Positions 47,282 to 61,400 of a stretch of 64,000 nt of DNA are shown piece after piece. Each line of letters begins with the position of its first letter. The stretch's first letter is position 1. The stretch lies in the NCBI GenBank assembly GCA_002269645.1, contig NIVC01001941.1:25910-89909 (forward strand). The letters run 5' to 3'. Origin of the DNA: Macrostomum lignano (taxonomy: Eukaryota). A program made the position numbers and the translations under genes. The notes below the pieces were generated by a model. It was given only the letters and a program-made list of their open reading frames with translations. It had not been told where the DNA came from and did no database searches.

Positions 47282-49045
47282 TCGGCCTCGTCTGCTGCTC
47301 TCCAGATGGTTTTAAAATTTTTACACATGATAGAGACTTGCACTATACACAAATATCTGTAAGCCTTCCACGTTGGATTTTTTTATTTGGTTGTTTATTA
47401 TTTTTTTACTCCCTCTTCCCCGAGCTTGATCGTGACAACAGCTTAGCTCGTAAAAAAACAAAAATCCATCTCTTTTCATTTGAAAATCTCTCGCGGTTTT
47501 TTTTCTACTTTTATTACAGCTTCACTTCTTTGTTTTGTTTTTTCTGCATTTTTCGTCAGGGCTGTGTTAAACTATATTAAATATAATACATATTAATATT
47601 ATTATTATTAATTTCATATTAAAAATTGTCAATAATATAATTATTTTTTATAATAACAATGTCAAAAACTGAATAATATTTGACACTATAATCATTGTTA
47701 TGATTATTATTATCGTTGAAAAAATATCTTGCATCGATAAATTCAAACAATGTATATTTTGTTATATTTTATTATTTTCATTTTTTAAGACTATTGCTTT
47801 TTATTTATCGATGTTAATTTTTTGGTGTTATGCACATTTTTTCGAAAACTTTCTTACTTTACGTTAAGATACTCAAAGAATTCAATTATGAAGAAATTTA
47901 TGTGATTTTTTCGTTCTATTCTCAGCTAAATCGAACAGCTATTTCAAACAACTCTGCTAATTTTTACTCCCCCAAATCGCTTCCGCTTCCGCTTTTCTTG
48001 CTCACTCCATTTTTTGTAAGAATATTTTTATAGCCAGCCGATCTCTGTGTTTTACAAGCTTATTTGCGTTATTACGATTGTCCTTGGCTTTAGCTGAAAC
48101 ACGGCTCTTTATTTTTGGTATTCAAACATGTTGACACCAGAGAAAACGTTTGCAGTTGGAGTTTGGAGTTTTAAAACCGGAAATTTCAAAGTGGCTTGAT
48201 TTCAAGCAATAATTAAGTTGGCTTTGAAAATTTAAGAGAGGCAAACTCTATAAGCCAACTTAGGCGTACAATAAATTAATCTTTATTTTTATATTGCTTC
48301 CCTTTAAAAACTATTATCCTTTGTTTTAATGTTAACATTTTATTGTTAGTCTGAAAATACAGACACGGGCCGCGTACTCTCAATAGTAGTGAGACACTTT
48401 CACTTCACTGGATGCTGTAGCTACTTTTTAAATCCGATAATAATACAATGTACTTCTTTTTCCCTCTAAGAACAAAAAATAAGATTTTGTATTCTTTTTT
48501 TATAACCATTTTTCAATTCTCTGATTGAATAAAATTACAAAAGACGTTGCCAGACCTTACACTTTGTGCAGCAAACATTTCTGCAGGCTGCAACTGTCGT
48601 AGAAAATTGTGTCAAAAAATTTAGCTAAAGGAATAAACGTTAAGAAAGCTTGGAGACTGCAGCAGTTCTTTTTAATTTTGCAAATAGAATGGGTCACACA
48701 GGTCTAATAGTAGTAATGTATTTGTATTTGACTCCTAGGGAACGCAATGCAATGCACAGGAATTTTACTCGTACTTTTAAGTGTGTGGAAATAAAAAATC
48801 TGTCTGGGTGATGGTTATTTTCCTTATTTGCACAGCTACGAGGCAAGATTGTCGCTTTTTAATTTTATGCTACAGTTTCTCCTTGACTAATGCAAGTACG
48901 ATTCTGAGCTTAAAATTACAATATTATATATTCGGACAATAAAAATCAAAACAATGCAATCGGACTTAAAAAGTTGTTGGGACAATATTCTACAGGCTAT
49001 GGGCGGTTGGTCCAAAACAGTTTTTTTCGAGTTTTCCGGTCAGAG

Positions 49046-52000
49046 TTACCAAAGCGCCTCAGCAGTGCTAGAGGGCTCGTCCTCGGCTCGCTCGATGGCG
49101 CTGAGCAGGCGGCTGTAGCGGACAATCTCGGCTTCGCTGAGCATTGAGGAGAGACCGCGGGCGCGGACGGTGGCGCGCATCGCGCCAACAAGGACGGCGC
49201 GTGGGTTGGCGTGGTGCTCGCGAACCTCCGCCAGCTGGTTCGCCTGGCAGAGACCAACTCCGGCGTAGCTCGGATGAGCGGACGACCGCACGATGGTGAT
49301 CTCCGGCTTGCCAGCCTGCGGCTCAATGTCCAGCTGGTACAGGCGGCTCTTGTGCGCCAGACTGATGCGCTGCTCACTGACAGACAGGCGGAAGTCGCTG
49401 TCGATGTCCTCCTCGGCAGAGCTGTCCGCGGTGCGTTCGGCTCCGTCGCGGCGGTAGGTTACTCTGACGCGGGCGGCAGAGCTGCTGCCCAGTTGAGCTG
49501 GAATGCTGATTTTGGCGAGGGTGTCGCGGTCCTTCTTCAGCAGGATGTGTCGGATCAGCTGGTCGTTGTCTGCACTGCCGGCTGGGCGCTCGTGCACCAT
49601 CTGGACGCTGTAGACGGCGAAGCCTTCAGCAATCTGGTCGGCGCTGAGGATCAGCGGAGTCTGGGTCTGAGCCAGGCGGTTCAGCAGTTGGGCGTCCATG
49701 TACCGCGGCTGCCACCAGTCGGACTCACCCCGGACGTGGAACGGCTGGACGCGGGCGGGTGACACGCGGCACTGGTTGAGGCGGCGCCTCAGCTGCTCGC
49801 GGCAGACAGGGCTCTCCTCTGCGTCGGTGAAAGTCTTCAGGCTGTCAAAGACGCTCTCACTGCTCCGGTCAGCCTGGGACATCTGGGATGGATGGGACAG
49901 CTCGCAGATGGCGTCCTCACGGTCGTCCACCTCGCTGGCCTTGATGACAACTCGCTGATCCCGGGTGACCTTGATCGTGACTTTGTTGTCGTCTTTCATC
50001 AGCCTCAGAGCGGCTTGCGAAGCCCGCTTCTCGAGGTGGGCAGTCACACCAGACGGAGCTGGGGAGCTGGTCTGCTCTGTGGAACCCGGACGAGACATTG
50101 ATAGCCGCTGCTCGTATTCGCTGCCGACCTTCACCAAAACCTCTCTGCGGCTGGAGTGCAGGAAGACGCGGACGCGTTGGTCACCGATCTTGGCCACGGC
50201 CAGCTTGGCAGCGCACTCGGTGTCCTGAACGATCTGCTTCAGCGCTGGGGACATCAGCTCTAGCTCGGCGTGCTTGAAGGTCTTCACCTTTTTGCCGGCG
50301 ACGATTTGGCAGCTGGATCGCCTCCTGGGCATGTCGGAGGACCAGTGAGAACGGTAGTTCGGCTGGCCCAGCTCGATGCTCTGAGCCTGCTCGAAGCTGT
50401 CAGACTGGTCCATGCGGCAGCTGTCGGAAACAGGCAGGACATACTGCTCGATCATTTTCTTTTCGGTGGCGGCCACTTGGTGGTAGTTGGGACCTTTGAA
50501 CTCGCGGAATTTCTCGCTGTCGTAGTCGCCACAGAGGCCACACATTCGATTGCGATAGAAGGGCGAGACCCGGATCTCAACAGTGCGCAGCTTCTTGCCG
50601 CCAACCAGCAGACTGACCTGCTGCTGCTTGCTGCTGATCCTGTACATGACGGTGCCTGCGTAGCGGTACTTGCTGATCTCAACAGTCACCGGGCTCTTCT
50701 CAGCACGGACAGTGTGCTTATAGATCTGAACCTCCTCTCGCGGCTCGTCACTGTGCTCCACCTCGACTCCGTTCACTTTCACGGTGGACTTGGCCTGGTC
50801 GCTGTCGATTGGTTTGCTCACCTCGATGACAAACGGGCGGCTTGAGTCGGTGTTAAGGTGCATGGTGATGTACTTCTTGCCGTCCTTAATGTGCGCCAGG
50901 ACTTGGAATTCCTTGGCTTTCGAGCAGTCTTTGGCTAGCAGCATTGGGCATTGATTCTCGGCGATCCGGCTGAACAGGCTCTTGGGGATGCTGTAGGCGA
51001 CATCGTCGAAGGTCTTAATGTGCGAGTGCAGCAGGCTGCACTTGGTCCTGCCGCCCTTGGCGTAGTCCATAGCTGAGGTGGCGATGGGCACGACACCAGC
51101 CCAGGTGAACTGAACGGCAGGCAGCTGAATGGAGCGCCAGACGTTCCTGCGGTGAGGGCAGGTGACGTTCAGGTGCTGCACGCGGAAGTCAACCGGGGAC
51201 GGACGAGAAACGATGGTGATCTTGTTAGCATCATGGCTCCTCTGGGCCTCGCTGAGAGTCAAATAAGGCTTCAGGTAGTCCTGGATCTTTTGGATAGCAG
51301 CGAGAAGCAGTGGGCTGGCTTGCGGGTTCATAAACCAATCGGCCGACTGGGTGATCTCAATCTCGACCTGGCTGAGCTTGTTGAACTTCTTGAACTGGCG
51401 GATGCAGCTTGGCGTGAAGAGCGGATTGGCCTTCAGCGGCTCTTCCCGGACGCTTTGGCGGGACTCGTTCAGGCAGGCAGCGATGCGCGGGAACATCTTC
51501 TTCATCTGGGACTCGGACAGTCCGGAATCGACCAACAGCTTCTTCAGCTCGGGGTTGGAAGAGAACTGAACCTCGATTTTGCCTACTTGTGACTCCTCAT
51601 CGTTGACGCGAAGCTCCATGCGCAGGCGCCTGTCATTGAACCATTCGTCGGATCGCAGAGGGAGACTCCTGGGCGACATAGGCAGGTCCTCAGGAAGGTC
51701 AATCTGGCCGTTGACAGTCATCTGGTAGCCGCTGGCCTGCTGGCTAGACGGCAGGCCGAGATGGTAGCGGAGGCTGCAGCGGAACGTCCTCCGAGAGGCC
51801 GACCAGTCGCGCGGCTCAAAGACGGCGCTGACGAGACGCTGCTTGATTGTCTCGCTGCTGTCGCTCTGGATGCGGACATTGTCCACCTCCAGACGCACCT
51901 GGGGTGGCTTGGCGCTCTCCTCGTCTTCGATAACCTTCAGCTTGCTGCTGATGAACACGGTGCGTCGGGTCTCCTCCTCGGTCGTGGGCTCCAGGAACAC

Positions 52001-55000
52001 AGTAAACTCGGACGGGCCGGACAGCAGGCTGCATGGAGCCTTGTACAGATCGGCGGTGAAGTGTTGCTTGCCCTGCACCTGCAGCTTGTAGCCGAATGGG
52101 GCCAACAGGTTGCTCAGTACCGGACTGAAGTCCAACCGCTTCTGCTTCTGGATCTGCCTGTGTACGACTGTGACATTTTTGTTGGACACTCTGATCCTGC
52201 CCGACTGGATGTTGGACTCGGTGAAAGTAGAGTAGGCAGCATTCTTAAATTGCACGATCGGCGACTTGGAGCCGGGCACGGCCATCAAGAGTTTCAAGCC
52301 TGGCTGCTTCGCGTCGCTAGCGTCCATCTGAATGACGAATTCTTGACTTGACTGCTTGAGAACCTTCAGTGTGGTCAGCCACTGATGATAGTGGTTAAGG
52401 ATGTGCATATTGCTACCGAACCGTTTGAAGCCCTTGATAACGATTGGCAGCGAGGCCTTCACTTGGTAGCCGGATTTTTTGCTTGCGCTAATGCCCTTGG
52501 GCTCAATGGTGACCGCGGGCTTAAAGTCAAGCGTCATGAAGCAGTTGAGGTCCAGGATGGACCCGGCGGGAGTCGGGAGCTCGTAGTTAGCGCTGATGGA
52601 GAACAGCCTGCCAAATGACTTGAGAATGTTGCCCATGCTCGCCAGCGATTTCACGATGGCTTCGGCTTTGCCAGATTTCCTGAGCTCATCGGAGGATGAG
52701 GAGGAAAGCTTGCGGACGCTCTTCACGTCGATAACGTCGTATCCCATGAATGCCAAGGTCAGATCCAATTGCGGCACCTCAGCCAGCATTCTGGGCAGAA
52801 TATCGAGAAGCTCGGAGTCCACGGAGGCGTCGAGGCTGCGAGCAGAACGCCTGAGCAGCTTGGCCACGCTGTCAGCATATAGGGCGCTGCGGGGGCCAAC
52901 CAACTTGGCAAGCACGCTCTGCAAACCCTCAGTACGCATGCTGATCTCCAGGGCTGGAACGTTCTTGCCCATAGATTGGTGCTCGATCTTGATGTGGCTC
53001 CAGCGCGGCACGAATGACTTGTCAGAGACGATCATGTCGGTCTCAACTGTCAGACCCAGTTTGTGCAGCTCGTCCCACAGCTGGCCGTGGAAGACTCGGC
53101 TGTAGACTTGCTCCATTGGCTCCCGGCGCTGCAGCATCGACAAAACAGACTGGACGGTCGGGCGGACGCGGTCATAGCGAGGCAGAGAGCTGCTGGCAAT
53201 CTGAGCCATGTGGCTGACACAATAGGCGTAAACCTGCTGAGTCGGCTCGCTCAGAATGGCCTGCACCAGCATGTTCAGCACAGTTTGCTTGACGTTGGGG
53301 CATTGCATCAGCACGCGGTAGCAAGCGATTCTCAGCTCCGGATCTTCGCGGGCGTTGCGGAAGCAGGCAATCAGGTCGGCGTGAATTCGGCTGCTGACCG
53401 CCTCGAAGTGGCGCCTGTACTCGCTGTCCTCTCGGATGTACTTCTCCTCTTGAGCGACACTCCTGGCGTCTTCGGCGGTGACGCGGGTCAGACTGTTGCG
53501 ACGGAGCATGTTCTGCGTGGCATAGACGGCCTGCACGCGCTCGGAAACTTTCCTGGCATCACGGCTTCGGATGATGGGGCCAAGCTGGTCGTACAGTTCG
53601 AACAGGCCGCAGTTCTTGGCTACCTTCAAGGCCAGGTCGCGTCCAGCATCGGTGCGTCTTAGACCGCGGTCACTTCGGCGATGAACTCGCGGCGGAACTC
53701 TTCCGAGCTAGCGGCGTGGATCCGTCGGGCTTCCCAGGGGGCGGCAGCGTCGCTCAGCGGCTGCAGGTAGGGCTCGATACCGGCCTGCCGGCCATAGTAC
53801 ACGTTCACCATGGCGCCGAGGCTTAGCCAGGCAGCGGAGTAGATCGGCATCCGCTCGGCGGTCATCAGCTTGGAGCGGAATTCACTGTCGTTCACCGTGT
53901 CGAGCACAACTCGTAGAGTGCGCAGCTGCCACTTGCTGGTCATGCTGAGCTTGGCAAAGATTGCCGGGATGTGTTCGATGGACACGCCAGCCATCTGGGC
54001 GATGTTAGTTGCGCTGGGCTGGCTGCTGGTCTTCACCAGAGCCCTCACGATGCGCATCAGGAATTCGGTTGAGCCATGGTTGGCCAACTGCGGGCAGATA
54101 TCCATGATGAAGTCGCGCAGGACAGGAGCTCCCTGAGAGCTGATTTGCTGGGCAACGGCTTCAATGTCTTCAACGCGCTTGAGGTGCAACCGCAGGATTC
54201 GAACGATTTGCTCCAGTGAGGGCATGTCAACCTCGCTACGGCGGTCGGTCATCCACAGTTTGCGGAACTGGCGAACGACCTGGTTGAGCATGGCCTCTCG
54301 GTCGATGTTCCTGGCCTCCTGGGGGTAGATAAGACGTAGTCCCTCGGGCTGTTCTGTCAGGGCCTCCAGGGCTTCAACGTCAGAGGCGGAGATATCGTCG
54401 CTGCCGATGAGTTTCAGCTTCTGCCTGCAAGGTGGGACGTGACGGCGAGTTTAGGGCGTGTCAAATGCTCGTCCGGTTGCATTCATAAACTTCCTGGCAT
54501 CATATGAAATTCAATCTTCAGGCGTATATTTACAGTAGCAGAGTGCACATTACAGTACTTACACGGAGAAGATCTTCTCAGTGCCGTGCTGGGAGTCGCT
54601 GCTCGGAGACAGGGTGTGCACGGTGCGGGCCCAGCCCTTCCTAATCAGCGGGCTGGCTCGGTCGCCGCCCATTTCAACCAGGTACTGAGCCAGGTTGCTG
54701 ACGCTAACTAAGTCGGAGCTGCGGCCCTCCTGGCTAGCTGACCGGAGGCTCTCGTGGTGCCGCAGGCCGTTCCACATGGCGGCCAGGCCGCGGCTGCCGT
54801 CCATGGGGTTGCGGCAGTTGTTGAAGTCGATGGACTTGGCGACACGGTAGACTGGCGAGTCGGACTCGTGGTATTCGATCTGGTCGGCGGTGTAGAATGT
54901 CCGGCAGACTGCGGCGGTTGTCATCTGAAATTTCGGATTGTCGATTGATTTATCAAAAGCTTAAGATTGACTTCGTCTATATTTATCTGTATCTCTTCCT

Positions 55001-56190
55001 AGTATTATCCAATCAGTACCCATTTTAACTATAGAACTGTTCCTCCATAGCTAGAAGCTAATTATGAGTAACATTGTACTTGAATTTTCTCTTCACTAAA
55101 CCAAGTTACGGTTGCTAAACTACTGCGACTATCTAAACTACTTCGAGTCATTGACAACAAGCGAGCTTCTTTACCTCGTCCTGCTCCTTCGTCCACTGGC
55201 CGTTCTCCATTTTTTTCGGGATTTTCGGGACGAAGTCTACCTGCAGCATGCTCAGGAAGCCCTTCTTGATGTTGACGCTCCAGAATGGCTCGGCCTCGTT
55301 GAACAGCACCTTGGCAACCTTCTGCTCCCGAGAGCGCAGCAGGACAGCGAACGGCTGCTTGAGAGCCCGCTCCACCTGCGCCCACATCAGGGGGTCCTCC
55401 AGGTTGCGGAATTCGGCCATTGGAAGCATCGTCTTCGGCAGCTGCTCCGTGGCGTTGATCCTCTGTCGGAGGTTCACCTCGGTGAAGGTCACCGTCCATT
55501 TCTCGGCGCCGGCGACTGCGGAAGCCGCACCGTCAGTGCGCATCTGGACGCGGAAGCGCATGCGGACAGTGCTGAACTGGCCGCTGATCTCCTCGATGCC
55601 GCTGCCAATCTGAGCATCGTACTGGTACTCCAGCTGCCTGGGCGTGCCGGCCCGCAGCTGCCGGCTGGCCGGAGACTTGCCGAGGCTGTAAAAGTAAAAA
55701 ACCAACTAATAGAATTTTTCCTGCCTTACACTTGCTTTTCTACTTGCAGTAAGCTATTCGGACAGGACGGATAGGACTTATGTTAAACAAAAAGCAACGG
55801 TTTTTTCTTAAAAGCAAGGGGCTGTATACACCTTGGCGCACTTCAAGCGACAATTTTACAACCGGCGAGAGGCATTGCTGCCCATTCCGCCGACTCCCCT
55901 GAGCAGGCACACAAGCTCGCGGATACGTACGCAGTCAAACGCACAGGCACACACTCACACAGGAGTGTACAGCGGCCCTAACTGCACTATGCCTTGGGGG
56001 TTGGCCATCAAAGGCGTTAATTGCACGAGCAGAGCCAAGCCGAGATTCCAATTCAGCCCCAAATTAATGTGACTGCACTTGGAATCGAGCCTGGGCCGCT
56101 GGCACATCAGAGCGCCGCGCTAGACCACTCGCAGAAGCAACAAAACTTACCGGCAAGGCCTACGCAGGCCAATAGAAACAGCAGCTTCAT
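49046..56190 (-). CDS. Vitellogenin / large lipid transfer protein (LLT N-domain, DUF1943-like region, VWD), ~2100 aa, with one frameshift near 53660-53710
   Basis: Signal exon 56190-56151 (MKLLFLLACVGLA), exons 55685-55175 and 54924-54563, and a ~5.4-kb last exon 54424-49046. Motifs: YQYDAQIGSGI, WSVNIKKGFLSMLQV, E.DE...VCRTFY, LSLGAMV, LALKVAKNCG (LKALGNAG-like), LRIACY..LM.CP, RSAR furin-type site, VWD (C....IKTFDDVAY, CPMLLAKDCS, MCGLCGDYD). Confidence 0.88.
55818..56135 (-). mobile_element. tRNA-derived SINE, head type I (intron 1 of the vitellogenin-like gene)
   Basis: Colinear with 2130-2460 including the head region (gactgcacttggaatcgagcctgg). Confidence 0.8.
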
Positions 56191-56737
56191 GGCTGAGTTG
56201 TTGTCAAGCAGAGTTATATTTGTCGTCCTGTCTTCAGTTAACCAACTGGTTTATATTGATTGCCACCAATCTGGGGCTTTGTTGAGTCTGATAGCTGAAA
56301 ATCTGGCTCACTTTTATAGACTTCAACCTGCAGTCATATCTTGGGGGGTGGCTTTGGGTTCGAAATTTTCGATTGGTTTTTTCAATTACAAAATCTTGTC
56401 AGCACTTTTTGAGCGAAAATCAGCAACCGGGCTTGGCCTGAAGTGTGCTGCATCAGCAGAAATGATTCAGCCCCCTCCCCCCTGGTATCATGATCTTTCA
56501 GCATTAGCCAGTCAAAGTTCACAATCTTTCTTGACTGTATTGCGCCAAAACAGTGCATTTGAACTCTTTCTCTGGCAGACGTTAGATAAGCTGCTTTGCT
56601 AACTGCTCATAGTTCACGTGTACGAACTGCTCTCCTGCTGAAACTTTCTGTCTAACAAAATACAGACTTAAGTGTTTCCCAACTGCCTAAAATTCCACTT
56701 TCGTTTGCATTGGTAAAAACATGACAGGAAAATGGGC

Positions 56738-57325
56738 TCTCCTTCCGTGCTTCCCTCTCTCCTTCCGTGCTTCCTCTCTCCTTTCGTGCTTCCCTCTCTC
56801 CTTCCGTGCTTCCCTCTCTCCTTCCGTGCTTCCCTCTCTCCTTCCGTGCTTCCCTCTCTCCTTCCGTGCTTCCCTCTCTCCTTCCGTGCTTCCCTCTCTC
56901 CTTCCGTGCTTCCCTCTCTCCTCCCCTGCTTCCCTATCTCCTTCCGTGCTTCCCTCTCTCCTCCTCTGCTTCCCTATCTGCTCCCTGCTTCTCTCTCTCC
57001 TCCCCTGCTTCCCTCTCTCCCCTGCTTCCCTCTCTCCTCCCTGCTTCTCTCTCTCTCCTCTGCTTCCCTCTCTCCTCCCTGCTTCCCTCTCTCCTCCCCT
57101 GCTTCCCTCTCTCCTCCCCTGCTTCCCTCTCTCCTCCCTGCTTCCCTCTCTCCTCCCCTGCTTCCCTCTCTCCTCTGCTTCCCTCTCTCCTCCCCTGCTT
57201 CCTCTCTCCTCCCCTGCTTCCCTCTCTCCTCCCCTGCTTCCCTCTCTCCTCCCCTGCTTCCCTCTCTCCTCCCTGCTTCCCTCTCTCCTCCTGCTTCCTC
57301 TCTCCTCCCTGCTTCTCTCTTCTTT
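56738..57325. repeat. CT-rich ~19-bp minisatellite (ccttccgtgcttccctctct variants)
   Basis: Pyrimidine-rich tandem array. Confidence 0.93.
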
Positions 57326-57434
57326 TAGCTACCATTATTATCGTTGTTCTTTCATTTTTTCTTCTCTTCCCGATCCTCTTTCCTCTGCTCTCCCCTGCTC
57401 TTCTTATTCTTCTCTCTGCCCTCCTCTTCCCCTT

Positions 57435-57740
57435 CTCTCACCTGATCCCCTGCTCCTCTTCCCCTTCTCTCACCTGATCCCCTGCTCCTCTTCCCCTTCT
57501 CTCACCTGATCCCCTGCTCCTCTTCCCCTTCTCTCACCTGATCCCCTGCTCCTCTTCCCCTTCTCTCACCTGATCCCCTGCTCCTCTTCCCCTTCTCTCA
57601 TCTGATCCCCTGCTCCTCTTCCCTTCTCTCACCTGATCCCCTGCTCCTCTTCCCCTTCTCTCACCTGATCCCTGCTCCTCTTCCCCTTCTCTCACCTGAT
57701 CCCCTGCTCCTCTTCCCCTTCTCTCACCTGATCCCCTGAT
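57435..57740. repeat. 32-bp minisatellite (ctcacctgatcccctgctcctcttccccttct)
   Basis: About 9 units. Confidence 0.93.
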
Positions 57741-58479
57741 CCTCTTCTCCTTCTCTTCCTTCCTTTCCCGCACTATTCCCCTTCTCCTCATCTTGAGCTC
57801 CATCTGGCAAGAAAAGCGCAGAGTCAATTAAGAAGTTATTAAAAGTTGAAATTCGTTGAAGTGCATGGACTTCAACGCGCGGACTAAATAGTGCATCCTA
57901 TATACTAAAAATGAGTTGTCTGTATATGGGTATGCGATTGATTTCAGAAAATTGGCTCAACCGATTTTCTTCAAACTTGCAGCATTCGATCAGAAATTTT
58001 CCTGGGACGGTACATGCATCTTGGCTAAGAAATTGCTCATGTTAAAGGATTAAATATTCGAAAAACATGCTTTTTTGCAAAGGTCAAGCCAAATTTTTGA
58101 CTTGAATTGCATTGTAAGAATGCTAGAGAAAAAACTGACTGACTGAATTCCGATTGTGATAAAGATTGCATCACAACAAGGTGAAAACAGTGCCACAGAA
58201 ACGCACACAAGACTTGATTGAAATTGCGTAACCATATTGCTAACTTAAATTGAGACTGATACTGGCTGACTGAGAAATTGATTATGTCATAAATTTTTAC
58301 TCTAACCGACTTGCTATAAGTATTGAATTATAAGGGCCACAGTTCATGTGCTCCAATTGAAAAGAGATAGCCGGATGCAAACAGACTGGAATGCTAATGT
58401 AGCGACCTTGGTTCGAATCTTAGTAGTGAAAAATGTTTTTTTTATTAAAACACCTTGAAAACACAAAAATGCTAAACAT

Positions 58480-61400
58480 TAAAGAGCCACCATGTCAAAC
58501 ATAAAACAGCCACCATGTCAAACATTAAAGAGCCACAATGTCAAACATAAAACAGCCACAATGTCAAACATTAAAGAGCCACCATTTCAAACCTAAAAGC
58601 GCCACCATGTCGAACATTAAAGAGCCACCATGTCGAACTTTAAGAGAGCCACCATGTCAAACATTAAAGAGCCACCATGTCAAACATTAAAGAGCCACCA
58701 TGTCAAACATTAAAGAGCCACCATGTCAAACATAAAACAGCCAACATTTCGAAAATTAAAGAGCCACCATGTCAAACATTAAAGAGCCACCATGTCGAAC
58801 ATTAAAGAGCTACCATGTCAAACATAAAACAGACACCATTAAGAACATTAAAGAGCCACCATGTCGAACATTAAAGAGCCACCATGTCAAACATAAAACA
58901 GAGCCACAATTTCGACAATTAAAGAGCCACCATGTCAAACATTAAAGAGCCACCATGTCGAACATTAAAGAGCCACCATGTCAAACATAAAACAGCCACC
59001 ATTTCAAAAATTAAAGAGCCACCATTTCAAACATTAAAGAGCCACCATGTCAAACATTAAAGAGCCACCATGTCGAACATTAAAGAGCCACCATGTCAAA
59101 CATTAAAGAGCCACCTTATCAAACATTAAAGAGCCACCATGTCAAACATTAAAGAGCCACCATGTCGAACATAAAAGAGGTACCATGTCAAACATTAAAG
59201 ACCCACCAGGTAAAACTTGAAAGTGCCACCATATCAAATATTAAAAAGCCACCATGTCAAGCAATAAAGAGCCACCAGGTAAAACATAAAAGGGCCACCA
59301 TGTCAAATATTAAAGAGCCACCATGTCAAACATTAAAGAGCCAACAGGTCAAACAAGAAAGTGCCACCATGTAAAACATTAAAGAGCCACCATGTCGAAC
59401 ATTTAAGAACCACCATGTCAAACATAAAATAGCCACCATGTGAAACAATATGTGACTCCATGTAAACATTAAAGAGCTACCATATCAGACATATACATGA
59501 CTCCATGTCAAACATATACGTGACTCCATGTTAGACATTAAAGAGTCACCATGTCGAACATTAAAGAGCCAACATGTTAAAAATACAAGAGCCACCATGT
59601 CAAACATATACATGACTCCATGTCAAACATTGAAGAGACACCATGTCGAACATAAAAGAGCCACTATGCAAAACATAAAAGAGCCACCATGTCTAACACT
59701 AAAGAGCCACCATGTCAAAAATAAAAGAGCCACCATGTCAAATATTAAAGAGCCACCATGTCAAACATTAAAGAGCCACCATGTCAAACATATACATGAC
59801 TCCATGTCAAACATTGAAGAGACACCATGTCGAACATAAAAGAGCCACTATGCAAAACATAAAAGAGCCACCATGTCTAACACTAAAGAGCCACCATGTC
59901 AAAAATAAAAGAGCCACCATGTCAAATATTAAAGAGCCACCATGTCAAACATTAAAGAGCCATTAGGTCAAACATGAAAGTGCCACCATGTAAAACATTA
60001 AAGAGCCACCATGTCAAACATATACGTAACTCCATGTCAAACATTGAAGAGACCCATGTCAAACATTAAAGAGCCACAATGTCGAACATAAAAGAGCCAC
60101 CATGTAAAACATATACGTAACTTCATGTCAAACATTGAAATGACACCATGTCGAACATAAAAGAGCCACCATGTCGAACATAAAAGAGTTACCATGTCAA
60201 ACATTAAAGAGCCACCATGTCAAACATTAGAGAGCCACCATGTCAAACATTAAACAGCCAACATTTCGAAAATTAAAGAGCCACCATGTCAAACATTAAA
60301 GAGCCACCATGTCGAACATTAAAGAGCCACCATGTCAAACATAAAACAGCCACCATTTCAAAAATTAAAGAGCCACCATTTCAAACATTAAAGAGCCACC
60401 ATGTCAAAAAATTAAAGAGCCACCATGTCGAACATTAAAGAGCCACCATGTCAAACATTAAAGAGCCACCTTATCAAACATTAAAGAGCCACCATGTAAA
60501 ACATTAAAGAGCCACCATGTCGAACATAAAAGAGGTACCATGTCAAACATTAAAGACCCACCAGGTAAAATATGAAAGTGCCACCATATCAAATATTAAA
60601 AAGCCACCATGTCAAGCATTAAAGACCACCAGGTAAAACATGAAAGTGCCACCATGTAAAACATTAAAGAGCCACCATGTCAAAAATTAAAGAGCCACCA
60701 GGTCAAACATATACATGACTCCATGTCAAACATTGAAGAGCCACAATGTCGAACATAAAAGGGCCACCATGTCAAATATTAAAGAGCCAACAGGTCAAAC
60801 ATGAAAGTGCCACCATGTAAAACATTAAAGAGCCACCATGTCGAACATTTAAGAACCACCATGTCAAACATAAAATAGCCACCATGTGAAACATATATGT
60901 GACTCCATGTAAAACATTAAAGACCTACCATATCAGACATATACATGACTCCATGTCAAACATATACGTGACTCCATGTTAGACATTAAAGAGTCACCAT
61001 GTCGAACATTAAAGAGCCAACATGTTAAAAATACAAGAGCCACCATGTCAAACATATACATGACTCCATGTCAAACATTGAAGAGACACCATGTCGAACA
61101 TAAAAGAGCCACTATGCAAAACATAAAAGATCCACCATGTCTAACACTAAAGAGCCACCATGTCAAAAATAAAAGAGCCACCATGTCAAATATTAAAGAG
61201 CCACCATGTCAAACATTAAAGAGCCACCAGGTCAAACATGAAAGTGCCACCATGTAAAACATTAAAGAGCCACCATGTCAAACATATACGTAACTCCATG
61301 TCAAACATTGAAGAGAACCTATGTCAAACATTAAAAGCCACAATGTCGAACATAAAAGAGCCACCATGTAAAACATATACGTAACTTCATGTCAAACATT

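Noticed and set aside
53655-53712. Programmed ribosomal frameshift in the vitellogenin-like gene
   Set aside because: No slippery heptamer is evident; an indel error or mutation is more parsimonious.
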